This document shows positions 47,826-56,958 of a stretch of 57,397 bases of DNA, in pieces. The position numbers and the translations under genes are program-made. The DNA comes from Candidatus Nomurabacteria bacterium (GTDB lineage: Bacteria > Patescibacteriota > Minisyncoccia > Phycocordibacterales > UBA5272), in the NCBI GenBank assembly GCA_003518045.1, contig DOZK01000020.1, positions 19,292-76,688 of the forward strand, in the 5' to 3' direction. The stretch's first letter is position 1, and each line of letters starts with the position of its first letter. The notes under the pieces are model-generated. The model was not told where the DNA came from. It made no database searches and saw nothing but the letters and a program-made list of their open reading frames with translations.

Positions 47826-48044
47826 ATGCCAAAACTTCCAATTCTTACACCAAAAAAGTTAGTAAAAATTTTGTGTAAAATTGGTTTTTATATTCATCAT
47901 CAAACAGGGAGCCACATTAACTTACGCCATAGTATTAAAAATAATTTACATGTGGTTATTCCTTATCATACGAGAGATTTAGCTCCAAAAACTCTCAAGT
48001 CAATTATTATGCAAGCAGATATTTCCATAGATGATTTATTATAA
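47826..48044 (+). CDS. hicA: HicA-family mRNA interferase toxin
   Basis: MPKLP...L...GF....GSH...H...VVIP.H..DL...TL.SI. Confidence 0.9.
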   Translation: MPKLPILTPKKLVKILCKIGFYIHHQTGSHINLRHSIKNNLHVVIPYHTRDLAPKTLKSIIMQADISIDDLL

Positions 48045-48054
48045 TTAAAAAACC

Positions 48055-49737
48055 ATGCCACCAAAAAAATTTGAAGGAAAGTTTGGAATACCACAATCTA
48101 ATTCTATTGACTCAGAGCTTACCTCCGCACTCTATAGACTTCCAGACTCAATAAGTCTGCCTTTTATAGAAAGCATGACAGAAGATATCGTTAGTAAAGT
48201 AAATAAAAGATTAGAAGAAATGTATGAGGAATCTTTATTAGGAAATGATAAAGGTATTGCAAATGTGAGAATTAGACGTGCTCTTTCTGATGAACAAAGA
48301 AAAATACTTCAACTCAAACTTACAAGGCACTTTGAAGACAATGGTGAATCTGCAAAAATAGACGTACCAGTATGTGTTGATGCACTCATAGAGTCACCAA
48401 GATTTTTAGAGAGTATGAAAGGAAGTATGGACAAACTTTTTGCAATGCATGAAATGAAGATATTACAAAAGATTGCCGAATTAAGACGTAAACGAGCAGA
48501 GATGAGTGGAGATGAATCTTTGTATAATCCTTATGAAAATCTTTTTGAAACAAGCAGTGGCAAATATTGTATGGCAAGACTTTTGAATATGCCTCATTTA
48601 GAAGAAGAGTCTGAATATATGGATCATTGTGTTGGAACAAGTACAAGCTATGTTAACAAAATCAAGAAAGGTGAGGTCGAGATACTTTCTTTTCGAGACA
48701 CATCAACTAATAATCCAATCGCTACTATTGAGTATGATCTTAAGAGTAAAAGATTACTACAGATAAAATTAATGAGTGATAAGTTGCCAAAGTTAAGCGA
48801 CTCATTTTCTGCTGATTTATTAGAAGCAATAGAAAAATTGGAGACGACAACAAATGATCTAGGTGTTCCTAGAGTTATTGAGGGTAGTCTAGCTAAGGAC
48901 ATGAAGACACTCCTATCTTTACAAGAGAAATCCAAAAAACAAGAAGTATATACAAGAGATGACCTTTTATTTCTATATGAAATTAGTTCACCTATCCAAT
49001 GTTTTGATAGTGGAAGAGATCCACTTATTGATGAGTTATTGCGAAAAAGAAACCGCCAAGAAGACATACAACTCCTTTGTAATTGTGAGTCACAGTTTAT
49101 TGCATTTGACTTCATTGATATCAATGAACAAACTCAAGTTTTCTGTGAAGACACAGGGAAGAAAATCACTTTTGTTGATTTTCGTCTAGAAGCAAACCAA
49201 AAGAAACTCCCGCAACTTCTCGAACTCGCACAGCACATCAAAGAAAGTGGTAGTCCCGCGAGACCGGATATGTCATTTGAAGGTGGAATAGTAACTATAG
49301 ATATATCAGAAGAAAAATTAAAAGATACAAAGACAGTCTTACAATCATACAAAGAAGCAGACAGTAGCTCTCCATCATGGGTATGGGATGAATGGATAAA
49401 CGCACCCTATACTAAACCAAAATTACCACTAGAAACTATTATTTTGTCATATAACAAAGATACAAACACAAGAGAATCATCAGATAAAATTGTATCAGAT
49501 ATGAATAGATTAGGATTAAGACCTGCAACATTAGAAGAACTTATTGCTCTTGGAGTAATAAAACCAGAATTTAATAAACGAAGTGGCTCTTACCTTGTTG
49601 AACTAACAAAATATTCTTTGGATGGTGGTTCCTACGTTCCCTGCGTGGACTGGGGTGGCGACGAGCGTGACTTGGTCGGGTATGAGTGGGGGAGTAGGTG
49701 GATTGACAGGAATCGTTTTGTTTGCGTTCGCAAATAG
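48055..49737 (+). CDS. DGR target protein B (PcfJ-like central motif, C-terminal variable region)
   Basis: Last ~40 codons match the TR at 50038-50156 except mostly at adenines; LEEES.YM.HCVG motif; LRPATLEEL before the VR. Confidence 0.9.
   Translation: MPPKKFEGKFGIPQSNSIDSELTSALYRLPDSISLPFIESMTEDIVSKVNKRLEEMYEESLLGNDKGIANVRIRRALSDEQRKILQLKLTRHFEDNGESAKIDVPVCVDALIESPRFLESMKGSMDKLFAMHEMKILQKIAELRRKRAEMSGDESLYNPYENLFETSSGKYCMARLLNMPHLEEESEYMDHCVGTSTSYVNKIKKGEVEILSFRDTSTNNPIATIEYDLKSKRLLQIKLMSDKLPKLSDSFSADLLEAIEKLETTTNDLGVPRVIEGSLAKDMKTLLSLQEKSKKQEVYTRDDLLFLYEISSPIQCFDSGRDPLIDELLRKRNRQEDIQLLCNCESQFIAFDFIDINEQTQVFCEDTGKKITFVDFRLEANQKKLPQLLELAQHIKESGSPARPDMSFEGGIVTIDISEEKLKDTKTVLQSYKEADSSSPSWVWDEWINAPYTKPKLPLETIILSYNKDTNTRESSDKIVSDMNRLGLRPATLEELIALGVIKPEFNKRSGSYLVELTKYSLDGGSYVPCVDWGGDERDLVGYEWGSRWIDRNRFVCVRK
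49615..49733 (+). repeat. DGR variable repeat VR-B
   Basis: 119-nt match to TR-B; 14 of 15 mismatches at TR adenines (11 A>G, 3 A>T), one T>G at 49645. Confidence 0.95.
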
Positions 49738-49819
49738 TACTTAGGTTTTAGTTACTTTACTTTTGCTTTAGAACTTTTGACTTAAACAAATTTTAGAAGT
49801 ATCACGTATACTAGAACAT

Positions 49820-50228
49820 GAGAGTAGATAATGAGTGTATGGATATTTTTATACAACATCGAAATCAGTAGGGTATAGATGAGAATTCAAGTACAAGAAT
49901 AATGTATAGGAAGAGTATCTATATTTGTTTCAAAAAAGAAATCTACTTGGCGTAGTTATGTTAAGTATTATTATACTAGCTTAAATTCAACATATGGTTG
50001 CGACTGTGTGTGGTGGTATGCATGCATAACTACGAAATCTTTGGATGGTGATTCCTACGTTCCCTACTTGAACTGGAATGGCGACAAGCGTAACTTGAAC
50101 AGGAATGAGTGGAGGAATAGGTGGAATGACAGGAATCGTTTTGTTTGCGTTCGCAATTTAATTTCTTTACATAACACGACCTCCGAGTCCAAGACATGAG
50201 TCTGCTGACTCAGGAGGTCGTGTTATGT
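49820..50228 (+). ncRNA. putative DGR template RNA B (structured 5' domain, TR and 3' hairpin)
   Basis: Conserved blocks shared with 31184-31398; stem 49951-49960/50025-50034 closes just before the TR; 16-bp hairpin 50169-50228 after it; TATACT at 49807. Confidence 0.72.
50038..50156 (+). repeat. DGR template repeat TR-B
   Basis: A-rich copy of VR-B with 8 AAY codons in the target frame. Confidence 0.95.
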
Positions 50229-50245
50229 TTTTTTGTATGAATTTG

Positions 50246-50318
50246 TGTCATTCCCGCGAAGGCGGGAATCCAGTGTCCAAATGAGTATGGGCCTGGATTC
50301 CCGCCTTCGTGGGAATGA
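50246..50318. repeat. REP-like element between TR-B and avd
   Basis: TGTCATTCCCGCGAAGGCGGGAATCCAG...CTGGATTCCCGCCTTCGTGGGAATGA. Confidence 0.85.
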
Positions 50319-50329
50319 GTTACGAAAAA

Positions 50330-50725
50330 CTAATTAAGCTGTTTTACAACTTGATTATGCCAACCACCGAGCATCTTACCTATTTCGTGTAACTTTTCGC
50401 TGAGTGCTATATATTGTTTTGTTTCAAAGGCTTTTATAGTATGTGCCACACGAAGCATTACTTTTGCAGTATCGAGTAGTTGTATCGCTTTCTGAATATA
50501 TTGTAGCTTCTGTTCTTTCTTCACAAAAAGTGCCGATGAAGTATATTGGATAACTTCACATAGGAGAGTATCTATTTTTACACCGAGCGAGTATCTATGA
50601 ACTTTTGGAAAGTGTATGATGTAGGAATGCCAAAGTACATAAGCAACTTCGAGTTTGAGGATAAGAGGAGGAGTACTGATTTCGTGGGGGGGGGGGCGAT
50701 ATTCATAGCAAAAAGTGTAACACAC
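50330..50725 (-). CDS. avd: DGR accessory variability determinant (four-helix bundle); true start probably ATG 50706, needing +1 in the C tract
   Basis: FPKVHRYSLG.KI...EIGKMLGGW motifs of Avd/four-helix-bundle proteins; lies between TR and RT. Confidence 0.88.
   Translation of the reverse strand: MCYTFCYEYRPPPHEISTPPLILKLEVAYVLWHSYIIHFPKVHRYSLGVKIDTLLCEVIQYTSSALFVKKEQKLQYIQKAIQLLDTAKVMLRVAHTIKAFETKQYIALSEKLHEIGKMLGGWHNQVVKQLN
50686..50696. repeat. G11/C11 homopolymer at the avd/RT head-to-head overlap (candidate slipped-strand switch)
   Basis: Eleven consecutive G in an otherwise AT-rich sequence. Confidence 0.85.
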
Positions 50726-50757
50726 AGTATGATGATATTGTTACTTTTGAAAAGCTA

Positions 50758-51579
50758 TTGGAATCATGGAATGATTTTGTGAGTGGGAAAAGAAAGAGAG
50801 AAGATGTGAATACATTTGCATTACGGCTGTCTGATAATTTGATTGACCTTTTTTATGAACTAAAAAGCGATGTGTACATTCATGGAAATTACGAAGAGTA
50901 TGTTATTTGCGACCCGAAGAAGCGTATCATTCATAAAGCAAGTGTGAGAGATAGAGTAGTGCATCGACTACTCTATAATGCTTTGTATAGCTATTTCGAT
51001 AGACGATACATCTATGACTCATATAGTTGTCGAATTGGAAAAGGAACACATAAAGCACAAGCTAGATTTAGATATTTTGTAAATGCTGTAAGTAAAAATT
51101 ATACGAAACCATGTTATGTTCTCAAGTTTGATATTAAGAAATGTTTTGAAAGTATTGATGCTGACATTCTTAAAAATATACTTTTCACACATATACAAGA
51201 TGAGCGATTAAAAAGTCTTGTCTTTAAAATTATTGATAGTTTTCCGAAAGGATTGCCACTAGGAAATTTAACTTCACAGTTATTCATTAACATCTATCTT
51301 CATGAATTAGATTGGTATGTAAAGCAGACACTTCATTGCACGCATTATTTTAGATATGCGGATGATATGGTTGTTATTTCTCATGATAAAAAAGAATTAG
51401 AAAATTTCTACAAGCAATTACAAATTTTCTTGAAACAGGAACTTCATCTGACAACACATAAAAAAGTAATTAGTAGTATCTACTCAGGAATTGATATTCT
51501 CGGGTTAGTTTTCTTTGCAAAGTATCAGAGATTGCGAAGGAGTACAGAGAGGAGAAAGAATGCGAGAGGTGGTAAATAA
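50758..51579 (+). CDS. DGR reverse transcriptase (reading frame open back to the G tract; true start probably GTG 50684, needing +1)
   Basis: DPKKR.I, RDRVVH, SYSCR.GKG.H, DIKK.F, DGR signature LGNLTSQ, RYADD. Confidence 0.95.
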   Translation: MESWNDFVSGKRKREDVNTFALRLSDNLIDLFYELKSDVYIHGNYEEYVICDPKKRIIHKASVRDRVVHRLLYNALYSYFDRRYIYDSYSCRIGKGTHKAQARFRYFVNAVSKNYTKPCYVLKFDIKKCFESIDADILKNILFTHIQDERLKSLVFKIIDSFPKGLPLGNLTSQLFINIYLHELDWYVKQTLHCTHYFRYADDMVVISHDKKELENFYKQLQIFLKQELHLTTHKKVISSIYSGIDILGLVFFAKYQRLRRSTERRKNARGGK

Positions 51580-51698
51580 CAAACATACCGTTTTGCGTTT
51601 ATTAACTAACAACTATAAACTAGTAACTATTGAATGTAATTGTATTCTGTATTATCTGGTATCTAAAATCTAATGTCTAACGTCCACTATCTATCCCC

Positions 51699-52253
51699 AT
51701 GTCTATCGAAAAATACGTAACCAAAGCCTTAGTAATAACTTCTTTTGACCAAAGCGAAAATGATCGTGTGTATAAAATGTTCACACGCGAATTTGGTTTG
51801 ATTATTGCTCACGCTAAAAGTATTCGTAAATTAGAAAGTAAATTACGCGCGCATATTCTTCCACGAACAGTTAGCTTTGTTACCTTGGTAAAAGGAAAAG
51901 AAGTTTGGCGCCTCGTTGGTGCTGAAGAACAAAAAGCATCATCTACAATTATTCATGAAGTTACAGAATTAATTTCTCGATTTATTCACGGTGAAGAACC
52001 ACATAAAGTTCTTTATGATAGAGTCGAAGAATTTCTCGAAAAGTCAGATGCTTATGACAAACAAAAAGCAAGAATTTTATTTTATTATATTTTGCTTGTT
52101 GAGCTCGGTTATGCAGATGCAAAAGTTATTGGTGCAAAAAGTATAAAAGAATATAGAGATTGGAATATAGATGATTTATACACACATTTTCTTTTATCTG
52201 AAAAACAAATTAAGGAGCATATAAGAAACGTTGTTAAGGATATACAATTATAA
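51699..52253 (+). CDS. recO: DNA repair protein RecO (short form)
   Basis: E.DR...FTREFG.I.A.AKSIRK..SKLR N-terminal OB domain. Confidence 0.85.
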   Translation: MSIEKYVTKALVITSFDQSENDRVYKMFTREFGLIIAHAKSIRKLESKLRAHILPRTVSFVTLVKGKEVWRLVGAEEQKASSTIIHEVTELISRFIHGEEPHKVLYDRVEEFLEKSDAYDKQKARILFYYILLVELGYADAKVIGAKSIKEYRDWNIDDLYTHFLLSEKQIKEHIRNVVKDIQL

Positions 52254-52360
52254 GTAGAAGGTGGAAAGTAGATGGTGGAGGGCAGAAGTTTCTATACACA
52301 TATATTATTAACCATTTTCCACTCTCTACTTTCTACTCTCCACTTGCTATACTGTCTTAC

Positions 52361-54232
52361 ATGAACCCAGAAGAAAATGAAGATATGCATCAGATTGATG
52401 ATTTGGAGCACAAATTATATGACCCTAAACAAGTAAATGGTGAAGATAGTCTTCATCATGTCCATAATCATAAAGAGGTAGACCTTCCAACAGATTGGGG
52501 AGAAAATACTCCAATAATTACACCAGTAGAAGAAAAAGAAACGAGTTTTTCTTTTGGTACAAAAGTGCTTTTCACTGCACTTATATTTTTATTTGTCGTA
52601 CTTTCGTTTACCGCATGGAGAGTTTTATCTTCTCGTAATGTTGTCTCTTTAGATAATATTGATATTACATTAGATAGTAAACCCTATGTAGACGGAGGGG
52701 AGACTACCCCGTTTAGTGTTTCTGTTTTTAATAGAAACACTTCATCATTACAAGAGGCTGTGATTATTATTTCTTATGAAAAAGGTATTGGTGTTTTAGA
52801 CGAACAACAAAAAGTTTATGAAAAGAGAGTACTCGGTACAATTTTACCAAACTCTCTCAAGAAAGAAGATTTAAATATTACTTTATATGGTGCGGCAGAT
52901 GAGGTGAGAGTTATTTCTGTTAAGTTAGAATATAAAGTTGCTGGAGCTAATGCAGTTTTTAATAAACCTGCCACGACTCAAGTGGTTCTAAAGACTCCAC
53001 CGCTCTCTGTTCACATAGATGGACAAACTAGCTTGGTACAAGGACAGAATAGTACCTTTAATGTTTTTGTTTCTAATAACACTTCGATAGAAATTAAAGA
53101 TAGTTTAGTTGTTTTATCCATACCTACAACTTTTACTTTAAATAAAACAGAACCAAAACCAAATACAAAAGGAATGATGTGGAGTATTCCTTCTATTTTA
53201 CCTGGAGCCACATCTACCATAACAATAAGTGGGTCTTTTGCTGGAATGCCAGGCGAAGTAGATACAATTAAAGCGAGTGTTGGGGCTGCCTCAACGGCCG
53301 TTAATCAAATGGGAGTTGTTTATTCGCAAGAAGCCCACAGTATTTCTATAACCTCTCCACTTTTATCTTTAGGGTCTAGATTAGAAACAGATAGAGGAGG
53401 TGCCGAGAGTTTACGTTATGGTGATAAAGCCATTGTTACTATTTTTTATGAAAATAAAAATGACAAAGCACTACGAGATGTTTTAGTGGTTGCAAATATT
53501 GGTGGCACGGCCCCAATTATATCGGGGATTTCCTCCGACGGTGGGTATTATGATTCAATTAATAAAACTGTAACATTTAATCCTGTTACTAACCGCGAAT
53601 TAAGTTCCGTAGCCCCTGGGGCTAAAGGAGAATTTAAGATTTATATACCAGTTGTTTCAAAGGGAAATAATTCACCAAAACTTACTCTTGTCATAAATGG
53701 AACAGCAACATCAGTCTCAAAAGATGACACGGCTACACAAATTTCTAAAGTTTGGAATGTGGAGGGAAGCGCTAACCTTAATGCTTTCACTTCTTATAAA
53801 AATTCTACTTTTACAAATACTGGACCTATTCCTCCTAAAGCAAATGTTAATACAACATATGGTGCACATTTAATTGTATCTGCTCAAAATTCTTTAGTTA
53901 ATTCTCGAGTATCATTTATACTTCCAGCTTATGTAACTTTTACCGGAGTTTATGCAACTGGAACAAATGTAACTTATGATAACAGAACCAGAACAGTTGT
54001 TTGGGATATAGGAAATATTTCAGCTGGGGGTGTAGTTTCTAACGATATTCAAATCAGTGTAAAACCTTCTCAAAGTCATGTAGGGCAAACTCCACCTATA
54101 ACCTCTAGCGTAACTTTGGAAGCGGATGAAGCAGACAGCAAAGCTCGTATAAGAAATATATCTAATGCACTTACAACAGAGCTTTTAAGAGAACAGGGGT
54201 CAGTGGATATTTCTCACGTAGTTGCGAATTAG
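52361..54232 (+). CDS. membrane-anchored extracellular protein with Ig-like beta-sandwich domains
   Basis: Single N-terminal TM, repeated W.I..I.PG/AG strands, GPIPP. Confidence 0.7.
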   Translation: MNPEENEDMHQIDDLEHKLYDPKQVNGEDSLHHVHNHKEVDLPTDWGENTPIITPVEEKETSFSFGTKVLFTALIFLFVVLSFTAWRVLSSRNVVSLDNIDITLDSKPYVDGGETTPFSVSVFNRNTSSLQEAVIIISYEKGIGVLDEQQKVYEKRVLGTILPNSLKKEDLNITLYGAADEVRVISVKLEYKVAGANAVFNKPATTQVVLKTPPLSVHIDGQTSLVQGQNSTFNVFVSNNTSIEIKDSLVVLSIPTTFTLNKTEPKPNTKGMMWSIPSILPGATSTITISGSFAGMPGEVDTIKASVGAASTAVNQMGVVYSQEAHSISITSPLLSLGSRLETDRGGAESLRYGDKAIVTIFYENKNDKALRDVLVVANIGGTAPIISGISSDGGYYDSINKTVTFNPVTNRELSSVAPGAKGEFKIYIPVVSKGNNSPKLTLVINGTATSVSKDDTATQISKVWNVEGSANLNAFTSYKNSTFTNTGPIPPKANVNTTYGAHLIVSAQNSLVNSRVSFILPAYVTFTGVYATGTNVTYDNRTRTVVWDIGNISAGGVVSNDIQISVKPSQSHVGQTPPITSSVTLEADEADSKARIRNISNALTTELLREQGSVDISHVVAN

Positions 54233-54279
54233 AAATAAGTCTGTAAAGTCCATAAAGTTGAAAGCAAAATTCGCAATTG

Positions 54280-54346
54280 TGTCATTCCCGCGAAGGCGGG
54301 AATCCAGTGTCCAGAACCTGGATTCCAAATCAAGTTTGGAATGACA
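54280..54346. repeat. REP-like element flanked by 9-mer repeats
   Basis: TGTCATTCCCGCGAAGGCGGGAATCCAG...CTGGATTCCAAATCAAGTTTGGAATGACA. Confidence 0.85.
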
Positions 54347-54435
54347 CAGGTTCCATTGGTTGGTTTAATTGAACTTTGTAAACTTTTAACTTTATGGACT
54401 TTCAACTAACCTAATTTTTATGTTAGGATAGTTGT

Positions 54436-55488
54436 ATGAAAGAAACAATCAGGGTAGTTATTCCGTCAACAACAATTATAAAAATTTTAGCCTGGATTAC
54501 TATTTTTGCAGGGTTGTTTATCGTTAGCGATTTAGTCATCGCCCTACTCGTGGCTGTGGTAATTGCTTCAGCTGCAGAAATGCCAATTAAAATGATGAAG
54601 GGTTGGGGAATACCACGAGGGCTTTCTGTTACTGTAATATTTTTAACTTTAATTGCCGTAATTACATCCATCGCTTTTATTTTTATACCACCACTAGCTG
54701 ATGACATAGCGCGCTTTGTTAAAGTTCTACCTCAGATTTTAGACTCAGTTCGTATTTTTGGAAGTGATATGGGATTTAAAGATTTGTCTTTATATATTTC
54801 TGAATTAGCAAAAGGTATTTCAAAGGGTCAAATTCTAACAATTATTAAAGATGCAATTTTTGGTTCAACTGGATTTTTTGCGACGACCTCCGTATTTCTC
54901 CGTGGAGCCGTTACCACAGTTCTTACTTTTGTTATGGCTTTTTATTTAGCTCTTGAGGAACGTGGCGTGCAGAAATTTTTACGTTTAATTAGCCCAAAAA
55001 TTTACGAATCTTATATTGAAGATTTGTGGACACGTGCGCAGAAAAAAATTGGACTTTGGATGCAAGGACAGATTTTGCTTTCCCTACTCGTCGCACTTTT
55101 GGTTTATGTTCCAAACTTAATTCTCAATATGCCATACGCCGCACTTTTATCAGTGCTTGCTTTTGCAGGTGAATTAGTTCCAATGATTGGTCTTACTTTC
55201 TCTGCAATTCCTGCGGTATTTATTGCATGGACTCACGGCGGGACATCGCTTCTAATTACAGTTTCTGTAATTTATTTAATTATTGGACAATTAGAAAGTC
55301 ATGTTCTTTATCCGAGAGTAATGAATAAATTAGTTGGCGTTCCATCTGTTGTAGTTATTATCGCACTTGTTGTTGGGGCAAAGTTGGCAGGTATTTGGGG
55401 AGTTATACTTTCAGTTCCATTGGCTTCTATTTTAATGGAATTAGCTAGCGATTTAGAAAAAAGAAAGAATCTTCCAGAAGAAAAATAA
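54436..55488 (+). CDS. AI-2E family transporter
   Basis: ELVP.IG, QLE..VL.PR, G.WG.ILSVPL. Confidence 0.88.
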   Translation: MKETIRVVIPSTTIIKILAWITIFAGLFIVSDLVIALLVAVVIASAAEMPIKMMKGWGIPRGLSVTVIFLTLIAVITSIAFIFIPPLADDIARFVKVLPQILDSVRIFGSDMGFKDLSLYISELAKGISKGQILTIIKDAIFGSTGFFATTSVFLRGAVTTVLTFVMAFYLALEERGVQKFLRLISPKIYESYIEDLWTRAQKKIGLWMQGQILLSLLVALLVYVPNLILNMPYAALLSVLAFAGELVPMIGLTFSAIPAVFIAWTHGGTSLLITVSVIYLIIGQLESHVLYPRVMNKLVGVPSVVVIIALVVGAKLAGIWGVILSVPLASILMELASDLEKRKNLPEEK

Positions 55489-55491
55489 ATT

Positions 55492-56958
55492 ATGAATAAA
55501 CCATTTTATATAACAACGACACTTCCATATGTAAATGCAGAGCCACATTTGGGTCATGCGATGGAATTTGTGCGGGCGGATGTCATCACAAGATATAAAA
55601 AGTTACAAGGCTATGATGTATTTTTTAATACAGGAATGGATGAACACGGCACTAAGATTTTAGAAGGGGCAATAAAAGAGGGAATAGATGTACAAGAATA
55701 TGTTGATAGAAATTCAGCACGATTTAAAGAGTTATATCCCAAGCTCGGTATTACGAACGAAATTAATTTTATTCGCACAACAGAAGAGCGCCATATAAAA
55801 GCAGCAGAAGAGATGTGGAAGAGATGTAATGACAACGGCTACATTTATAAAAAAGAATATGAAGCGAAATATTGCGTTGGTTGCGAACTTTATAAAACAG
55901 ATAGTGAATTAGTTGACGATAAATGTCCTATTCATCCGAATCGAGAAATAGAAATTATTAAAGAAGAAAATTATTTTTTTGCTTTTTCAAAAGTTGAAAG
56001 TAAATTGCGCGAACTTTATGAAAAGAATCCAACTTTAGTTATTCCAGATTTTCGTTTTAATGAAATTAAAGCTTTCTTAGATAGGGGATTGGAAGATTTT
56101 TCTATTTCACGTTTGAAAACAAAGATGCCATGGGGAGTGCCTGTACCAGGGGATGATGAGCATGTAATGTATGTTTGGTTTGATGCCTTAACAAGTTATA
56201 TTTCTACACTTGAGTGGCCTGAAGCGGGGGATTTTGAAAAATATTGGGAACAATCTGGAGCCGAGAAACGAGAGGTAATTCAATATTGTGGAAAGGATAA
56301 TCTTCGTCAGCAATCTCTAATTTGGCAGGGAATGCTTTTAGCTGCAGGACTTCCAACTACTACAAATATTATTATTGATGGATTTATAATTTCCGGCGGG
56401 CAAAAAATGAGTAAGTCCATTGGAAATGTAATTAATCCATTTGATATTCTTGAAATGTTTAAAGAGTTAACTGATTATCCGGAAGATGTTCTTCGTTTTA
56501 TTTTGCTCCATGAAGTGCCGAGTTTTGAAGATGGAGATTTAACTGTTGAATCAATTAAAATTGCTTATACAGCATATTTAGCAAATGGAATTGGGAATTT
56601 AACGAGTAGAATAATGAGAATGTTAAATACATATAATATTGATAATATAGAAATCCCAGCAAATAGTTGGACTAATGAATTTATAGCTACATTAGAATCT
56701 TATGACACGAACAAGGGGATTAAATATGTAATGCATGAAGTAAAGTCTCTTGATGAATATATTCAGTCTACAGAACCTTTTAAACTTATTAAAACAGATA
56801 AAGAAAAAGCTGAAGTTATTCTTAGGGAGTGTGCGGTTAGATTGTATGGGATAGGAAGAATGCTTAATCCTTTCATGCCGAAAACTGGAGCTATGATAAA
56901 AAGTTTAGTAAAGGAAAATAAAATGCCAGAAAAGCCACTTTTCAATAGACTTCCATAA
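55492..56958 (+). CDS. metG: methionyl-tRNA synthetase (short form)
   Basis: YVNAEPHLGH, YCVGCE..CP.H zinc knuckle, YVWFDAL, KMSKS. Confidence 0.96.
   Translation: MNKPFYITTTLPYVNAEPHLGHAMEFVRADVITRYKKLQGYDVFFNTGMDEHGTKILEGAIKEGIDVQEYVDRNSARFKELYPKLGITNEINFIRTTEERHIKAAEEMWKRCNDNGYIYKKEYEAKYCVGCELYKTDSELVDDKCPIHPNREIEIIKEENYFFAFSKVESKLRELYEKNPTLVIPDFRFNEIKAFLDRGLEDFSISRLKTKMPWGVPVPGDDEHVMYVWFDALTSYISTLEWPEAGDFEKYWEQSGAEKREVIQYCGKDNLRQQSLIWQGMLLAAGLPTTTNIIIDGFIISGGQKMSKSIGNVINPFDILEMFKELTDYPEDVLRFILLHEVPSFEDGDLTVESIKIAYTAYLANGIGNLTSRIMRMLNTYNIDNIEIPANSWTNEFIATLESYDTNKGIKYVMHEVKSLDEYIQSTEPFKLIKTDKEKAEVILRECAVRLYGIGRMLNPFMPKTGAMIKSLVKENKMPEKPLFNRLP

Noticed and set aside
50008..50199. 63-aa ORF over TR-B
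   Set aside because: Translation of the template repeat; TRs are typically open in the VR frame
50597..50782. 61-aa + strand ORF crossing the G tract
   Set aside because: Antisense to avd; it is simply the frame containing the out-of-frame RT start GTG
50758..51579. RT as a group II intron, retron or CRISPR-associated RT
   Set aside because: The LGNLTSQ signature, adjacent avd and the adenine-specific TR/VR pair identify a DGR; no maturase domain or cas genes are present
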